Below are positions 24,938 through 37,477 of a DNA stretch of 64,000 bases, piece after piece. Origin of the DNA: Octopus bimaculoides (lineage: Eukaryota); the NCBI RefSeq assembly GCF_001194135.2, contig NC_068982.1, forward strand, positions 144,452,139-144,516,138, in the 5' to 3' direction. The translations under genes and the position numbers were made by a program. Below the pieces are notes generated by a model that was not told where the DNA came from, did no database searches, and was given only the letters and a program-made list of their open reading frames with translations. The stretch's first letter is position 1; each line of letters starts with the position of its first letter.

Positions 24938-25110
24938 TATCTGTTTATGTTCCTTTACATTAAGAGTTCAAACCCTATCCAGGTCAACTTTGTCTTTCAG
25001 CCTTCTAAGACTGATAAAATTTGGGAGGTGGTAGTGGGAGGTATCAGTATAATCAACTCTGATGGTGAAAGTAGTCCCCACCCCACCAGTAAAAAGCCTG
25101 AAACCAATTA
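24938..25110 (+). mobile_element. Degenerate Nin/Deu-like SINE
   Basis: gagttcaaaccc..aggtcaactttgtctttcagccttc..gataaaat..cctgaaacc. Confidence 0.55.
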
Positions 25111-25134
25111 AGAAATACACATTTGAAGTAAATT

Positions 25135-25441
25135 CATCATCGTCATCGTTGTTTAACGTCCGCTTTCCATGCTAGCATGGGTTGGACGATTTGACTGAGG
25201 ACTGGCGAACCAGAAGGGTGCACCAGACTCCAATCTGATTTGGCAGAGTTTCTACAGCTGGATGCCCTTCCTAACGCCAACCACTCCGGGAGTGTAGTGG
25301 ATGCTTTTACGTGCCACCGGCACGAGGGCCAGTCAGCCGGGTACTGGCAACGGCCATGCTCAAAATGGTGTATTTTACGTGCCACCTGCACAGGGCCAGT
25401 CCAGGGGCACTGGCAACGATCTCGCTCGGATGTCTTACTGG
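25135..25441 (-). mobile_element. 5'-truncated RTE 3' end
   Basis: catcatcgtcatcgttgtttaacgtccgctttccatgctagcatggg...; reverse complement of 11502-11878. Confidence 0.85.
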
Positions 25442-26297
25442 CAAAGGCCACAAAAACTTGAGTTTCATTTTGTCATCTTGATTGTATCTGTTGCTGCTTT
25501 TCTTCAAATAATATTGCTACAGAGAAAATATATTCCCATGTATTACCCTTACTGTAATTTGAACCGGTTTGCTGTGAGAAAATAACTAAATCGAATGTTA
25601 TTCAACATTGTGTGGAGTAATGTAAGCTACTAACTAGGCAATGTGTCTGAAAGTGATTTAATATACGAGAAAATTTTCTATAAAAAAAAAAAAGAAACAA
25701 AAGGAAGCAAAAGCAATGAATTCTTTAAATTTATTCAACAAGAAAAACAAATAAAAAATTATTTTTAAAAACAGCAATACATATTAATAACCTCCCATTC
25801 CTGTAGAACAATTTTAAGAATCTCGAATATATTATGGTGCAAAATTCTGAAACAAACTTAACAGTGCAACATAAAAAAAAAATAGAAAACTAAAAATTTC
25901 ATCAGGTTCTTGAAGTATTTTAAAAATTTATCAAAAATAAATTTACAAAAAAAAATTTAAATACCATGTTTTTGATTTAAAAAAAGTATAACGATTAAAA
26001 AAACTAAACAAAATATAAATAAACAAAAACCAAAACATACAGGAACAGTAGGGGTGTATATGCAAACACACACAATACATATTTGCATTCAAAACTGATA
26101 TTTGACTCCACTGCTACCATGAGTTTCTTGCTTGTATTTCTTTTATTCAAGAGACAAAAGAGTAACAACAGAATGAATAAATTATACTTTACATATATTA
26201 GAGTACCTTCTCCCTTGATGGTACAGTAATTACTTATAGCTAGCAAATTGTGAGAGTACCAGCCAAGTAATAGTTAATAAAAGTACTGTCATCAAGA

Positions 26298-26383
26298 AGA
26301 GTCACATTAAGGGGAAATGCTTCATGTGTTATTGCAGAGCCACATCAAGGGGAAATGCTTCATGTGTTATTGCAGAGTCACAT
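26298..26383. repeat. 38-bp tandem duplication (~2.3 units)
   Basis: agag(t/c)cacat(t/c)aaggggaaatgcttcatgtgttattgc repeated with period 38. Confidence 0.9.
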
Positions 26384-27659
26384 CTCTTATTGTGATATGA
26401 CTCTAGAGTAGCAAATGAAGAATTACCCATCTAGGGTTTAGATACTCTAAATAAACCCATCAGTCTACTGTAAACATACCTCTTTACCACCACTCTCCAA
26501 GCAGCCTTGTTAAACAGCATTATGCAGAGCCAGGACACTTCAGCCACAGTGAAGACAACTTGCTTAAGATGTTAGATTCTCCAAATAAACCCAACCACAT
26601 GGAAAAAGATCTCTGAACCATGATGCACAAATGAAGTGTGAAGCAATCTGGCTAGGAGAGTAGTAGGCTATAACTCTGAATAAAAAAAAAACTGATACAG
26701 TAGAGAGTGGACACATCAATCTTAAGAGACAGACTCTTTAGTGCTGACAGAATACTAAATGCACCCAGTGCTATAAAATTGTTGTGACAGGAAAGCATCC
26801 AACCATAAGAAAACTCATGACAGTCACAAATTCAGTTAAAAATCCTAATTGCGTATACAGGATTAAAACCTTCATAGAGCTGTACATAGTAAGGAGATAG
26901 CTAGTTGTTAGCAATCCTCAACCTTCATCAAATAATTTCTCCAACCCTTTTTTTTTTTAAATACAAGAAGCTTCTCACTCAAGACCACCAGTGAAACCTC
27001 TTCTTTTCAAGCACAAAAATTGTGGACTACTACTATTAACATTGACATGACAAAAAGTAGATCTGCAGAGATTGCAGATACTAGCATATTGTATGCAAAG
27101 GTGACATGGAGTGGAGACATAACTAGACTTCTCTCAGGCAAGAAACCAAGTTACAAATTCTTTGAGATCATTAACAGATTTGGAAAGCATAAGTACCTGA
27201 AGCAGAAAAATGTGAAGGTAGAGTAATTGAAGTGGTTAGTATATTTGACACAATAAGTTTAGTCTAGTCATTGGTAAAATAACTGCAACAGTGATTTCTG
27301 CATATGTGTCACGGACAGGTCTCAGAGATGAACTAAAGATCTTTCTGTGAGGTTCTCTTGCAGGTTGTCTCAATAACGGATGGCACTAACCTTATCAATT
27401 GGAATTCCAATGGACATACTGAGCAAAATCTTCTGATGTTTACATAAAAGCTATGGTACAAAATACGAAGAGGAATCAAAGCTCCAAGAGTTCTGTGATG
27501 ACACTGATCAAACCATTTGCAACACAAATTGTGTAAGTACCAGGAAGGGTTATAGCACAACTAATAAGGAAGAGAATTAGCTTAAACAAGATGCACTTCA
27601 GATTTGTACCAGGCTGAGTATCATCAGCTCTCAACCACCCCACTGCTAATGAAACAAGT

Positions 27660-28400
27660 ATAGGTGCAATTGTTAGCTAACAGCACACTACTGTATTTGT
27701 TGACCTGGAGAAGGCCTCTGATAGAATGTCATGCGTTGTAGCCAGGTAGTTACTTAGAAAGCTAGGTGTAGCTGAACAGCTTGTGAGATCTATGCAAGCC
27801 ATATACAGAGAAGCTGTCAGCAAGTTGAGAGTAATGAGTTCTGCAAGGAATTTAGCATTGACAGCTAAAGTGACAGCTTCTGTTTCCTAAGTGACCTAGT
27901 AGAAATGGGTGTTCTGAAACCATAGTATACAGGGTGGAAAAATACTCTGAAGTATTACCTCAGCTGGCAACAAAGGAATAATCTCTACAAGAGCATATGA
28001 TATAAAGCTCGTGTACAAAATGCATTTTGTATGATAGCAAAGCATGAACAATGGACATCAAATGCAAAGAATAAATCAAGTATACACTGATGGGTGTGTA
28101 ATATTAGCGTGCATGAAACACAAAAACAACACTAATTTAGCTGCAGCAAAAAGTTGGGTTTAAGAGCAATCAAGTGTAATGTGCAGGAGAGAAGACTGCA
28201 GTGGTGCAACATTTGCTGTATATGGAAGATGTGCTAGTTGGGTCAAAAAGTACCAAGTGATTCATGTGGAAGTCAGTAGAAGACAAGGAAAGAAGGAGTG
28301 AAGAAGGATCTTAAGAGGCTGAAACGCACTAAGAGACTGCAACAAGTGACAAGATGCCATACTAGGGAACACCTGCCCAAACCATGTGCAATAAACTGTT
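27660..28400 (+). mobile_element. Highly degenerate RTE RT/3' region
   Basis: VFVDLEKASDRM...LLRKLGVAEQLVRSMQAIY resembles FVDLEKAFDRV..W.LRKLGV.EWLVR.VQAMY. Confidence 0.7.
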
Positions 28401-28494
28401 AATATATGATCACTACACACTTATAGCTACACAGAACAAAACAGTTATTTCACAAACTGACCATAGCAACTATATATGTGTTTGTGTGTGTGTA

Positions 28495-28638
28495 TGCATA
28501 GTTGTGAGGTAAAGTACACGTTGTGACCAAGTGGTTTCAGATTTGATCCTACTGCATAGCACCTTCAATAAAAGTCCGCAGGTTGACCACCTTGTGAGTG
28601 AAATTTGGTAGATGTAAACTATATGGAATCCCATATAA

Positions 28639-28711
<73 letters not shown>

Positions 28712-28742
28712 CGTGCGTGTGTGTGTGTGTGTGTGTCTCTCT
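28495..28742 (+). mobile_element. SINE family A fragment ending in long (TG)n
   Basis: ccttgtgagtgaaatttggtagatgtaaact followed by (TG)n. Confidence 0.6.
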
Positions 28743-29562
28743 CTTCACATTGACATTGCTTGGGTTATGGTGACACTTGTTTGTGCTCCTCATAATCAAA
28801 ATGGCCCTCGGTTCAGCAGCATGCAAAGATCATTGGACTAGAGTATCTAGCTTGAAACCAAGTACAGGTAGCCATAATCAGAATGATGGTATTGGTATAT
28901 GTGATAAATATACACATTATCATCATTTTATGTCCACTCTCCTTGGTGGTATTGTGTTGGTTGGGTTGCTACAGTTTGATTTGAAACATACTCAGGGGTG
29001 CTGGCCTTAGGCAAGTCAGTGACCCACATCCCACCCATGAGATTCGTATTTGGCTTGGTTTCTATGACTTGATGCTATTTCTAATGCACTGGTCACTTTT
29101 TTCTGACACCATAACTAAGGAGGTGCTGTATCCTTGACAAGATTAAAGGGCCCTCTCAAACTTACATTTTACAGAAAGTACTGGGTGCATTTTCTTGCGG
29201 CATCAGTACTAAAGAGGTATTTATGTCCCTGGAACAACTAAAGGGACATCTTAACCTTACAGCTGTTTACACAACCTCTTTATAGAGCAACAGGCACAAA
29301 GGATAAGATAAAGATACACTATCCACATCAAAATTTTCATATATTATGTTTTTGTCTATTTTTCAGTTTGCTTTTGTGAAATATTCGTTGTTATGTTTTT
29401 GTCAAATTTTTCTATTCAACCCTTGAAATATATATATATATATATGCGGATAAGAAAGCCTTCTTTTTTCTGTCGAGGGCTTATATGCCCCTTTATTAGA
29501 CTATTTTCCTTAGTCATTGCATGATCACCATAACCTTTAAGCTTATATAAAAATACCATTAT

Positions 29563-29625
<63 letters not shown>

Positions 29626-30699
29626 AACATTATATAATGTGTGTATGATAAATACACTCACACATGCATGATAAACTGTGTAACACAGCAACATATTTTT
29701 TATGAGATCCCAGCTCATTTAATAAATATTCTCCTAACATTCATTGAGACAAACAATGAAACAAACATTGAAAGAATATATACATATGTAAAGAAAACAC
29801 AAAAAAGTGGCTAAGATTAGAATTGAAATAAGTATATAAAAAAAAGCAATACAAGGTGCAGCTTCAGGCATTCAAGTAAGTTGACAATCCTTTAGCTAGG
29901 GCTTTTACACAATCATGCCATGTTGAGAATGTGTGTCTTTCATAAAACGTTGACATCACTGTAAGAATTTCAGATTCAGTGTGTATAACCTAGTTTAGCT
30001 TGCAGAAATGACTCAGATCTTAATCGCATTGACTTAAGGTTGATAAATAGAAACGAATATGTTTTGAGTATTGAGAAAGAGAGGGGGAGGTAGGAGACAA
30101 ATATAAAAGATTAAGCATTTAATAGGAAAATCTGTGTGAAAGAGTGTAAGTGAGAGTGTGTGTGTGTGCATCTGTGTGTGTGTGTGTCTGCGCACATGTA
30201 CATATCTAATACATGTATATATACATATTCCAATATGTTTTACAAAGATTTGAATGCATTGAATGGTCGAGAAGAGAGCATCATAATCACAAGGACTAGG
30301 TCTCAGTCCCACTATGTGACATCTTTAACCGTAGCTTCAGTAGCCAAATTGTGCTTATAATCTAAAGGTCCAGCTTTGTCACACTGTGCTCCATAATGAT
30401 TTCAACAATTAAGTTATGGTTACACTGATTGGGAATATAAGTTATGGAATACTCTGTCCATGGAATACTCTGCCACTTAAATAGTAAATAGCTTAGTTAA
30501 TTGAACAACTTATTCATGAAACAAAAGAATATCTACTATATTTATTCATATATATCCACATGAAAGAGGCAATGTATAAAACATAAAAAAATATATCAAT
30601 GGTAATTAAGAGTTTAATTATTATTTACATCCATGGTAATTAAGAGCTCAATAATTATTAACTGACTGACTGACATACATATATATGTATATCTGGTCT

Positions 30700-31850
30700 G
30701 TAGAGGAAATCCACTCCAGAGATGTAAAAACCAATAGAAATAGTCATTTTGACAGGTTCTTCATAGGTAAAACGTGCCAATATCACGTTTCTTCTTAAGA
30801 AGAAATGTAGGAGATAGTGGCTTGAGATCAGAGCAATCAGCCTTCAATTGTCATATAGTCTCCCTCAGACAGCACTTGCTAGCAGCAAAAATTAATACAC
30901 TAACTTAGTGCTGAAAAGTAAAGAGAACAATATCCTACATGTTGGCAGCAAGCTCCTCAGGAAGCACTCTCTTGATGAATTCTCATATAATCTCAAACAG
31001 CAGGACTAACATACCTCAAAGACCTGGATATGAAAAGCTCAGCATACCAAAAAAAAAAAAAAAGACTATGAATGGTATGTTTCTCAAGGACTTGAAGAAG
31101 ACAGTAATATCAACATGAAATGAAGCTTCTTTTGGACTTGAAACCGCTACATCACATTACACTTTGAAGACTATGCATTTGCAATCCAAAGACAGGAGAT
31201 TGCTACAAAATACCTGATAAACAAAAGAGACAGTGAAGACCTTAGAGCTCCAAGATGCAACAAAAAATGTAGATTATGTCATATTTATGTGATGAAGACA
31301 CGTGATAAGCCCAAAAATATTATCAAAGTATTAACTCTCTATGTGACACAACATTGTCACAAAAACAATATACAATGCCATTCAGGAAAAAGACTGTCCT
31401 GGAATAAATATAGAGAATTCCTGTTATTGAATACATACACAAACATCAACACAAGGAATACTGGTGGAACATTCCCATCAAAACATCTGTCAAGTGTAAA
31501 CATAACAGGCTGGATATTGTTGTTTGGGACGGAGAAGAAAAAGTATCTATCTGTCATAAAGGTCACTTGTCTTGCTGGTGTGAATATCTCTTTGAAAATC
31601 AAAGAGAAATAGGATAACTATGGACGACCGTTTCAAAACTTCCAGCTTCTATATTCAGATTATAAATTCATATTTATACTAATAATAATTGGTGCACTTG
31701 GCTTTATGAGTAACAGACAGCTTAACAGACAGCTTAACAGACAGTCTGGATATGCTAGGGTTTACAGAAGAAGATATCAACCAACTAATTTGCGCATTAC
31801 CAATACAATCTGTTAGTAGAACAGTAATAACATGCAAGTTTAAAATGCAA
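30700..31850 (+). mobile_element. Degenerate R4/Dong-clade non-LTR retrotransposon 3' region (thumb, CCHC knuckle, RLE endonuclease)
   Basis: FEDYAFAIQRQEIATKYL...CNKKCRLC; EYWWNIPIKTSVKCKHNRLDIVVWD; KVTCLAGVNISLKIKEK*DNY; FILIIIGALG; LGFTEEDINQLI. Multiple frameshifts and stops. Confidence 0.8.
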
Positions 31851-32869
31851 CATTGTTTTTGTTATCTACATTCCAATAATGGAACTTTGCGTCTCTGTTA
31901 GAAATCAGCTCCTTCCTTGGAAGAAGAACTTAAGTAATTAAAAACAGAAGAAAGAGCACAAACGAAAGAACAAGCATGCCTGCATGCATGTAGACAGACA
32001 GACAGACATGCCCACACACATACAAATTGTATGTATGCTTTGTTCCGTTCTGTGTTTTACATATTTTTCTTTTGACTGTGCCAGCAAAGGTTGGAAGGTT
32101 ATTATGATACAATAAAATGCACCCAGCTGCCCTTCCTGTCACCAACACTTATGTATTTATTCATGCAAGGTATTTTCATTCCACTTGTCTACACATGAAA
32201 CTTGTGAAACCACTGAGTTACTAAATATATCATTTACAAGAGACATAGACAAATGCATCACTGCTCAAACAGTGTCATGAAGAGAAATGCAGGAAACATT
32301 TGACAGGCTCCAGTTCAATTTCTGTCTAAATTACAGAGTAACCTGAGGCCATAGTCGAAGACACTTGCTCAAGGTACTATGCAGCAGAAGCAACTGACAG
32401 TATAACTTTCAGACATTAATTCTTAATTTATTGAAATTATCTAATCGCTGATGGATTTTTCTCCCCTCTTTCACTAACTTAAAGGAACATTTCAATAATT
32501 TTTTGCATGCAACATTCACTACATCACTTCTTTAATTCATCATCACCATCCTTTAACACCTGCTTTCCATGCTTGCATGGGTTGGACAGTTTGACTGGAA
32601 CTGGTAAGTCAGAAGTCAAACTCCGTCTACTTTGGCATGGTTTCTATGGTTGGATGCCCTTCCAAATGCCAACCAGTTTACAGAGTGTAGCAAGTGCTTT
32701 TTACATGGCGCTAGCAAAGTCATCAAATAACTTGCAAGACTAAACTCCTCAACTGAGTGGAGAGGAGAACTGAGAGAGGTGACTTTGACTCAGGTGACAA
32801 GAAGTTAGAGTATTATAGAGGGACAGAAACAGGTGTCTTGGGGTAGAGGAAATACATGGCTACTCAAAA

Positions 32870-33138
32870 ATATACAATCACATCATTGAAATCTCACAGC
32901 TATGAGATAATGCATGATTACCTGACAAGGTGAATAAATAAGTATTGCATTTGATAGAGTATTCTGCATGCTAAAGAGGGACTAAATTATAACATTCATC
33001 TAAATTTCATGCTGTCTTATGTTTCAAACACCAGATTAATAATGATAAAATTATTTTCCTAAATTCTTCATTATTTTAAAATTAATTAAAACAAACGCAG
33101 TGTATATCTAAACAGAAATATGGTAACAAAAGGGTTAA
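32870..33138 (+). mobile_element. Two adjacent 3' halves of TTAA-type MITEs
   Basis: Match the ends of 51833-52049 and 51437-51751; terminus gtaacaaaagggTTAA. Confidence 0.6.
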
Positions 33139-34079
33139 GTTATAAATTCAATTTCCTGAAATTTGCTTTTTTCTTCTTTGAGAGTTGTTAACAATTACTG
33201 CTAGAGATTGTTGTTTTCTCTTTTCTTTTTGTAGGGGGATATTTCACTAGCTGAAAGGGGAAAATTTAATTAAGAATTTTTTATTTTGTACAAGCATCCA
33301 GATATCACCCTGTAACTTCAGTTTACTTAAGATAGAACAAGTAATTTACAATATAGTTTAAAGTAGGACATGAAGTTTAGTTAAGACAGCAGAAACAATT
33401 TGCAGTATAGTTCAGTTAAGATAAACATCAGTTAAGAACCAATTTACTTAAATATTTGAGTTTGGGACAGAACTGCATCATGTCTCTCTAACCATTTAAA
33501 ACCGAAGAAAAGTAAATCTGTACTTATAAAGTAATCTTTGCACATAATAAAGCAATTTATTTAGAAGTTGTCACTTTCAACAGAGTAAAAACAGTTCAAA
33601 CCCAATAGAGATTAAATTATATCTATAAATTAAATCTGCCTAAACAGGAATGAAGTTATAATATGAGACAATCACAAAGATTATCTATCAGTAGCCATAA
33701 AGAGTATAAGAGTCAGCAAAAACAAACTTCACCAGAAATGCTGTTTGAATATAGAATAACGTAGCAAACAATTTTTGTTTTATAATTACAATGTTCCAAC
33801 ATTTAAAGTATCAAGTAACATGAAATGTGAGGTAGGTTCTTGACAATCTAGTTTTGGTGAGCAGCTGAAAGGCATGAAAATCAAACTGTCCCCATTCTTT
33901 CTTAGCTAACATTGCAAAGCAGAGACTAATATACTTTTACATTTGAACTTTTAATTTATAAACAGTAAATTGATAGATCATCATAAAAAAACAGCTAACA
34001 GACAAAAAAGCTTGACAAACACTGACATTGTATATGTCATATTTTGTTTCTGGCTACCCTTCTTGCAGGAATCTTGCAG

Positions 34080-34561
34080 GCAATGACCAAGACTTTTGGT
34101 ATTATGTTCTGCTTGAGAAGAAGACCCATCAAGCCAAGTAAAATCACAGTTGTGGCAGATACTGGTGTCATGCCAGTGGCACATAAAAGCACCTTTCGAG
34201 TGCTGGGCCTCACAGAGGCAAAGACCAAGACCATTTGGCATTATGCTGTGCTTTGAGCACTGGGCCTCATAGAGGCATTAACTGAGTCCATTTGGCATTA
34301 TGCCATGCTTGAGAAGACCCATCAAGCCAAGTAAAACTGCAGTCGTGGAAGATACCGGTATCACACAAATGGCACCCATGCCAGTGGCACGTAAAAGCAC
34401 CCATTACACTCTCAGAGTGGTTGGCACTAGAAAGAGCATCCAGCCATAGAAACCATGCTAAAACAGACTGGAGTCTGGTGCAGCCTTCCAGCCTGCCAGC
34501 CCTGGTCAAACCACCCAACCCATGCCAGCATAGACAATGGACGTTAAATGATGATGATGTT
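34080..34561 (+). mobile_element. RTE 3' end with internally re-iterated ORF terminus
   Basis: Three copies of the LGL.EA.T....W.YA.LEKT.QAK-encoding segment, then 3'UTR and gatgat tail. Confidence 0.75.
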
Positions 34562-35398
34562 GCAGTCCTGCCCTTTCCCATCAGTTTCAAATACCTTGCA
34601 AAAAGATCATAGATGCTTCTTCTTTGTCTGACTAACTCATAAATTATTTTAATTTTTAATTCTTTTTTTTTTTATGTGCAGTAAAAATTTTAAAATCTCA
34701 AAGATCCAGCAATCATTGGTACACCAGGCATTCTTATTTTGGTACAAGGCCACAAATTTATAAAAGCAGCATAATCAATTTAGTTCAGTAGTCAGCATTT
34801 AACTGGTATTCATTTTATCAACACTACAAAGCTGAAAGGGTAAGTCAACTGTGGATTTATTTATAATGACAGTAATTATAACAATGATTTTTACTATAGG
34901 CACAAAGTCATACATTTTGTGGGAAGATACAGTTGATTAAATCAACTTGTACTTATGTTTCTGACCCAGAAAAGCTGAAAAGTAAAACTGACACTAGCAG
35001 TGTCAATTTTACTTTTACTTTACTAAATGTAAAAAAAAAAAAATCTAACTAAATACTGCCCATACTGGAGACAAATACTACAAAATGGGGTGATGCAAGG
35101 AGAAGAGAAACAGGAATTTCACCACCAAAGAAAAGTGCACTTGACAGAAGGAAAAACCAGTTGTGTCAGTAGAGAGCTCTTTCATATTCAGTTGCTGCAT
35201 TTGTGACCACCACACCTGTGTGGCCTCAGTAGCCACAGCAATTGTTGTACCAACAGCAGCAGCTGACACAATTTCTGTGGGTGCAGATACTTGGTCTCTC
35301 GGGACCAATGGACACCTACTATAACAATTCTGCCAGCTTGACATCTTAATAATAATAATAATAATAATTCATCATCATCATTATTATCATCATTAAAA

Positions 35399-35634
35399 TG
35401 GCAAGCTGGCAGAATTGTTAGCATACCAGGCAAAATACTTAGCAATATTTTGTCTGTCTTCACATTCTGAGTTCAAATGCTGCCAAGGTCAACTTTGCCT
35501 TTCATCCTTTTGGGCTTGATAAAATAAATACCAGTCAAGTACTGGAGTCGATATAACCAACTATGTGGCTCCCCCAAATTTCAGGCCTTGTGCCTGTAAT
35601 AGAAAGGATTACTATTATTATTATTATTATTATT
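35399..35634 (+). mobile_element. Nin/Deu-like SINE, near full length, with (TAT)n tail
   Basis: Head ggcaagctggcagaattgttagc, B-box-like gagttcaaatg, Nin-like cctttcatccttttgggcttgataaaataaataccag. Confidence 0.8.
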
Positions 35635-36892
35635 TGATTGATTGATTGATTGATTGATTGATAAGGTAGACCATACAAAACCTCTCATGAGTATGTGAAT
35701 GCTTATCTTCTGTTCTTCACATGAAAATCATTGAGCTATGGACAGTGATATCTGTTGACATTTTCTTGTCAACAAATTGTCCAATAGCTCTGCAATGTTG
35801 AAGACAGGGAAAATGAAAGCTCCTTTACTTAAAAAACAGGTAAGCCATACTGAGAGAGAGAAAATCTGGTAAACTATGCCACAATAATAGCTATTCATTT
35901 AAACCATGATAAGGAAAGAACACAAAAATGAATGAACGAACACACAGACTCTCTCACTCCTCCTAAAACATTTCTGAAGAAAGGTTCTTAAAATTATGTA
36001 TTGTATCTATGAATGAATGAAGAAAAAAAAAAAGAATGATCATTTGAATGTGACAGACTGAAAATATTACAACAGAAAGAAACATTTTCTTAATAGTCTT
36101 TATCATTGTGATTATATTTAAATGATGTTTACATATGAGAGAGATATGCCTCCAGTCATATGAGTAAATTTTAATTTATACATACCAAGAGTGGTGGATT
36201 GGTGGAGTTGTTTGAGTATAGGATAAAATATGTTGTAGTAAGTTATGTTCTATCAAATCCTATTGAGGTTAACTTTGCTGTTCATCTTTCTAGGATCAAT
36301 AAAATAAAGTACCAGACTATGCATCTCCCGCAAATAAGAGACCTTGTAAGAAACCTATATACATACATACACACACACACACACACACGCATCAAACATA
36401 CATACACATACATGGACTCATGCACAAACATATATACATTATATCTATAATAGGTTTCCGAAAGGTTTCCTAAGTTCAGTCCTTTCTGTCTTAAAGCAAC
36501 ACAGATTTATGGGTAATTTACCTTAAAGGTAAAATAATCCCAATACTTCATTAGAGAAGCAGATTGGTCAAGAGAGTCAAAATATAGGACAGCCAGGTTA
36601 CCAGTCTCGAGTTCAAACCCAATGCAATTATTTTGCTGCATATTTAGATAGATCACTTTGTTCTAAGAGCTTCATTGCCAAGAATGTTTATGTCGTTGTT
36701 TAGTTCCAAGATACCTCTGATGAAAAAGACCAATGATCAAAACTATTCTAGTCTCAACCCCTGTCATATTTTCATTTAGAGAGTGTATATATAAGACTAC
36801 AATATCTAATACGTACTTCTTTTTCGAAGACAGTATGGTGTAATATGAGAAAGATTTGGTTGGTATTTCAAGCATGATGAGTAACACTTAGA

Positions 36893-37146
36893 GCGGGTGG
36901 CACATAAAAGACACCATTTTGAGCATGGCCGTTGCCAGTACCGCCTGACTGGCCTTCGTGCGGGTGACATATAAAAGCACCCACTACACTCTCAGAGTGG
37001 TTGGCGTTAGGAAGGGCATCCAGCTGTAGAAACTCTGCCAAATCAGATTGGAGCCTGGTGTTGCCATCCGGTTTCACCAGTCCTCAGTCAAATCATCCAA
37101 TCCATGCTAGCATGGAAAGCGGACGTTAAACGATGATGATGATGAT
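36893..37146 (+). mobile_element. 5'-truncated RTE 3' end
   Basis: Same 3'UTR and (GAT)n tail as 11502-11878. Confidence 0.85.
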
Positions 37147-37257
37147 ATATATATATATAGTATTAGAGAAAAGAACCAAAGTTCATGAACTCATTCATTG
37201 AGTTTTTACCTGTAAATTATTTGGATGTTTATCCCTAATATTATTATATATATATAT

Positions 37258-37314
<57 letters not shown>

Positions 37315-37414
37315 NNNNNNNNNNNNNNNNNNNNNNNNNNNNNNNNNNNNNNNNNNNNNNNNNNNNNNNNNNNNNNNNNNNNNNNNNNNNNNNNNNNNNN
37401 NNNNNNNNNNNNNN

Positions 37415-37477
<63 letters not shown>

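Noticed and set aside
26478-26560. Candidate exon QVVFTVAEVSWLCIMLFNKAAWRVVVK with GTATGT donor
   Set aside because: Weak acceptor without a pyrimidine tract; lies among decayed repeats.
27020-27560. ORFs 27020..27226 (+) and 27333..27560 (-)
   Set aside because: No consistent splice sites or motifs; directly upstream of a degenerate RTE RT and probably part of that decay.
35078-35344. Ala/Thr/Val-rich ORF (PRDQVSAPTEIVSAAAVGTTIAVATEATQ)
   Set aside because: Low complexity, open on both strands, weak splice sites, and begins inside a SINE head.
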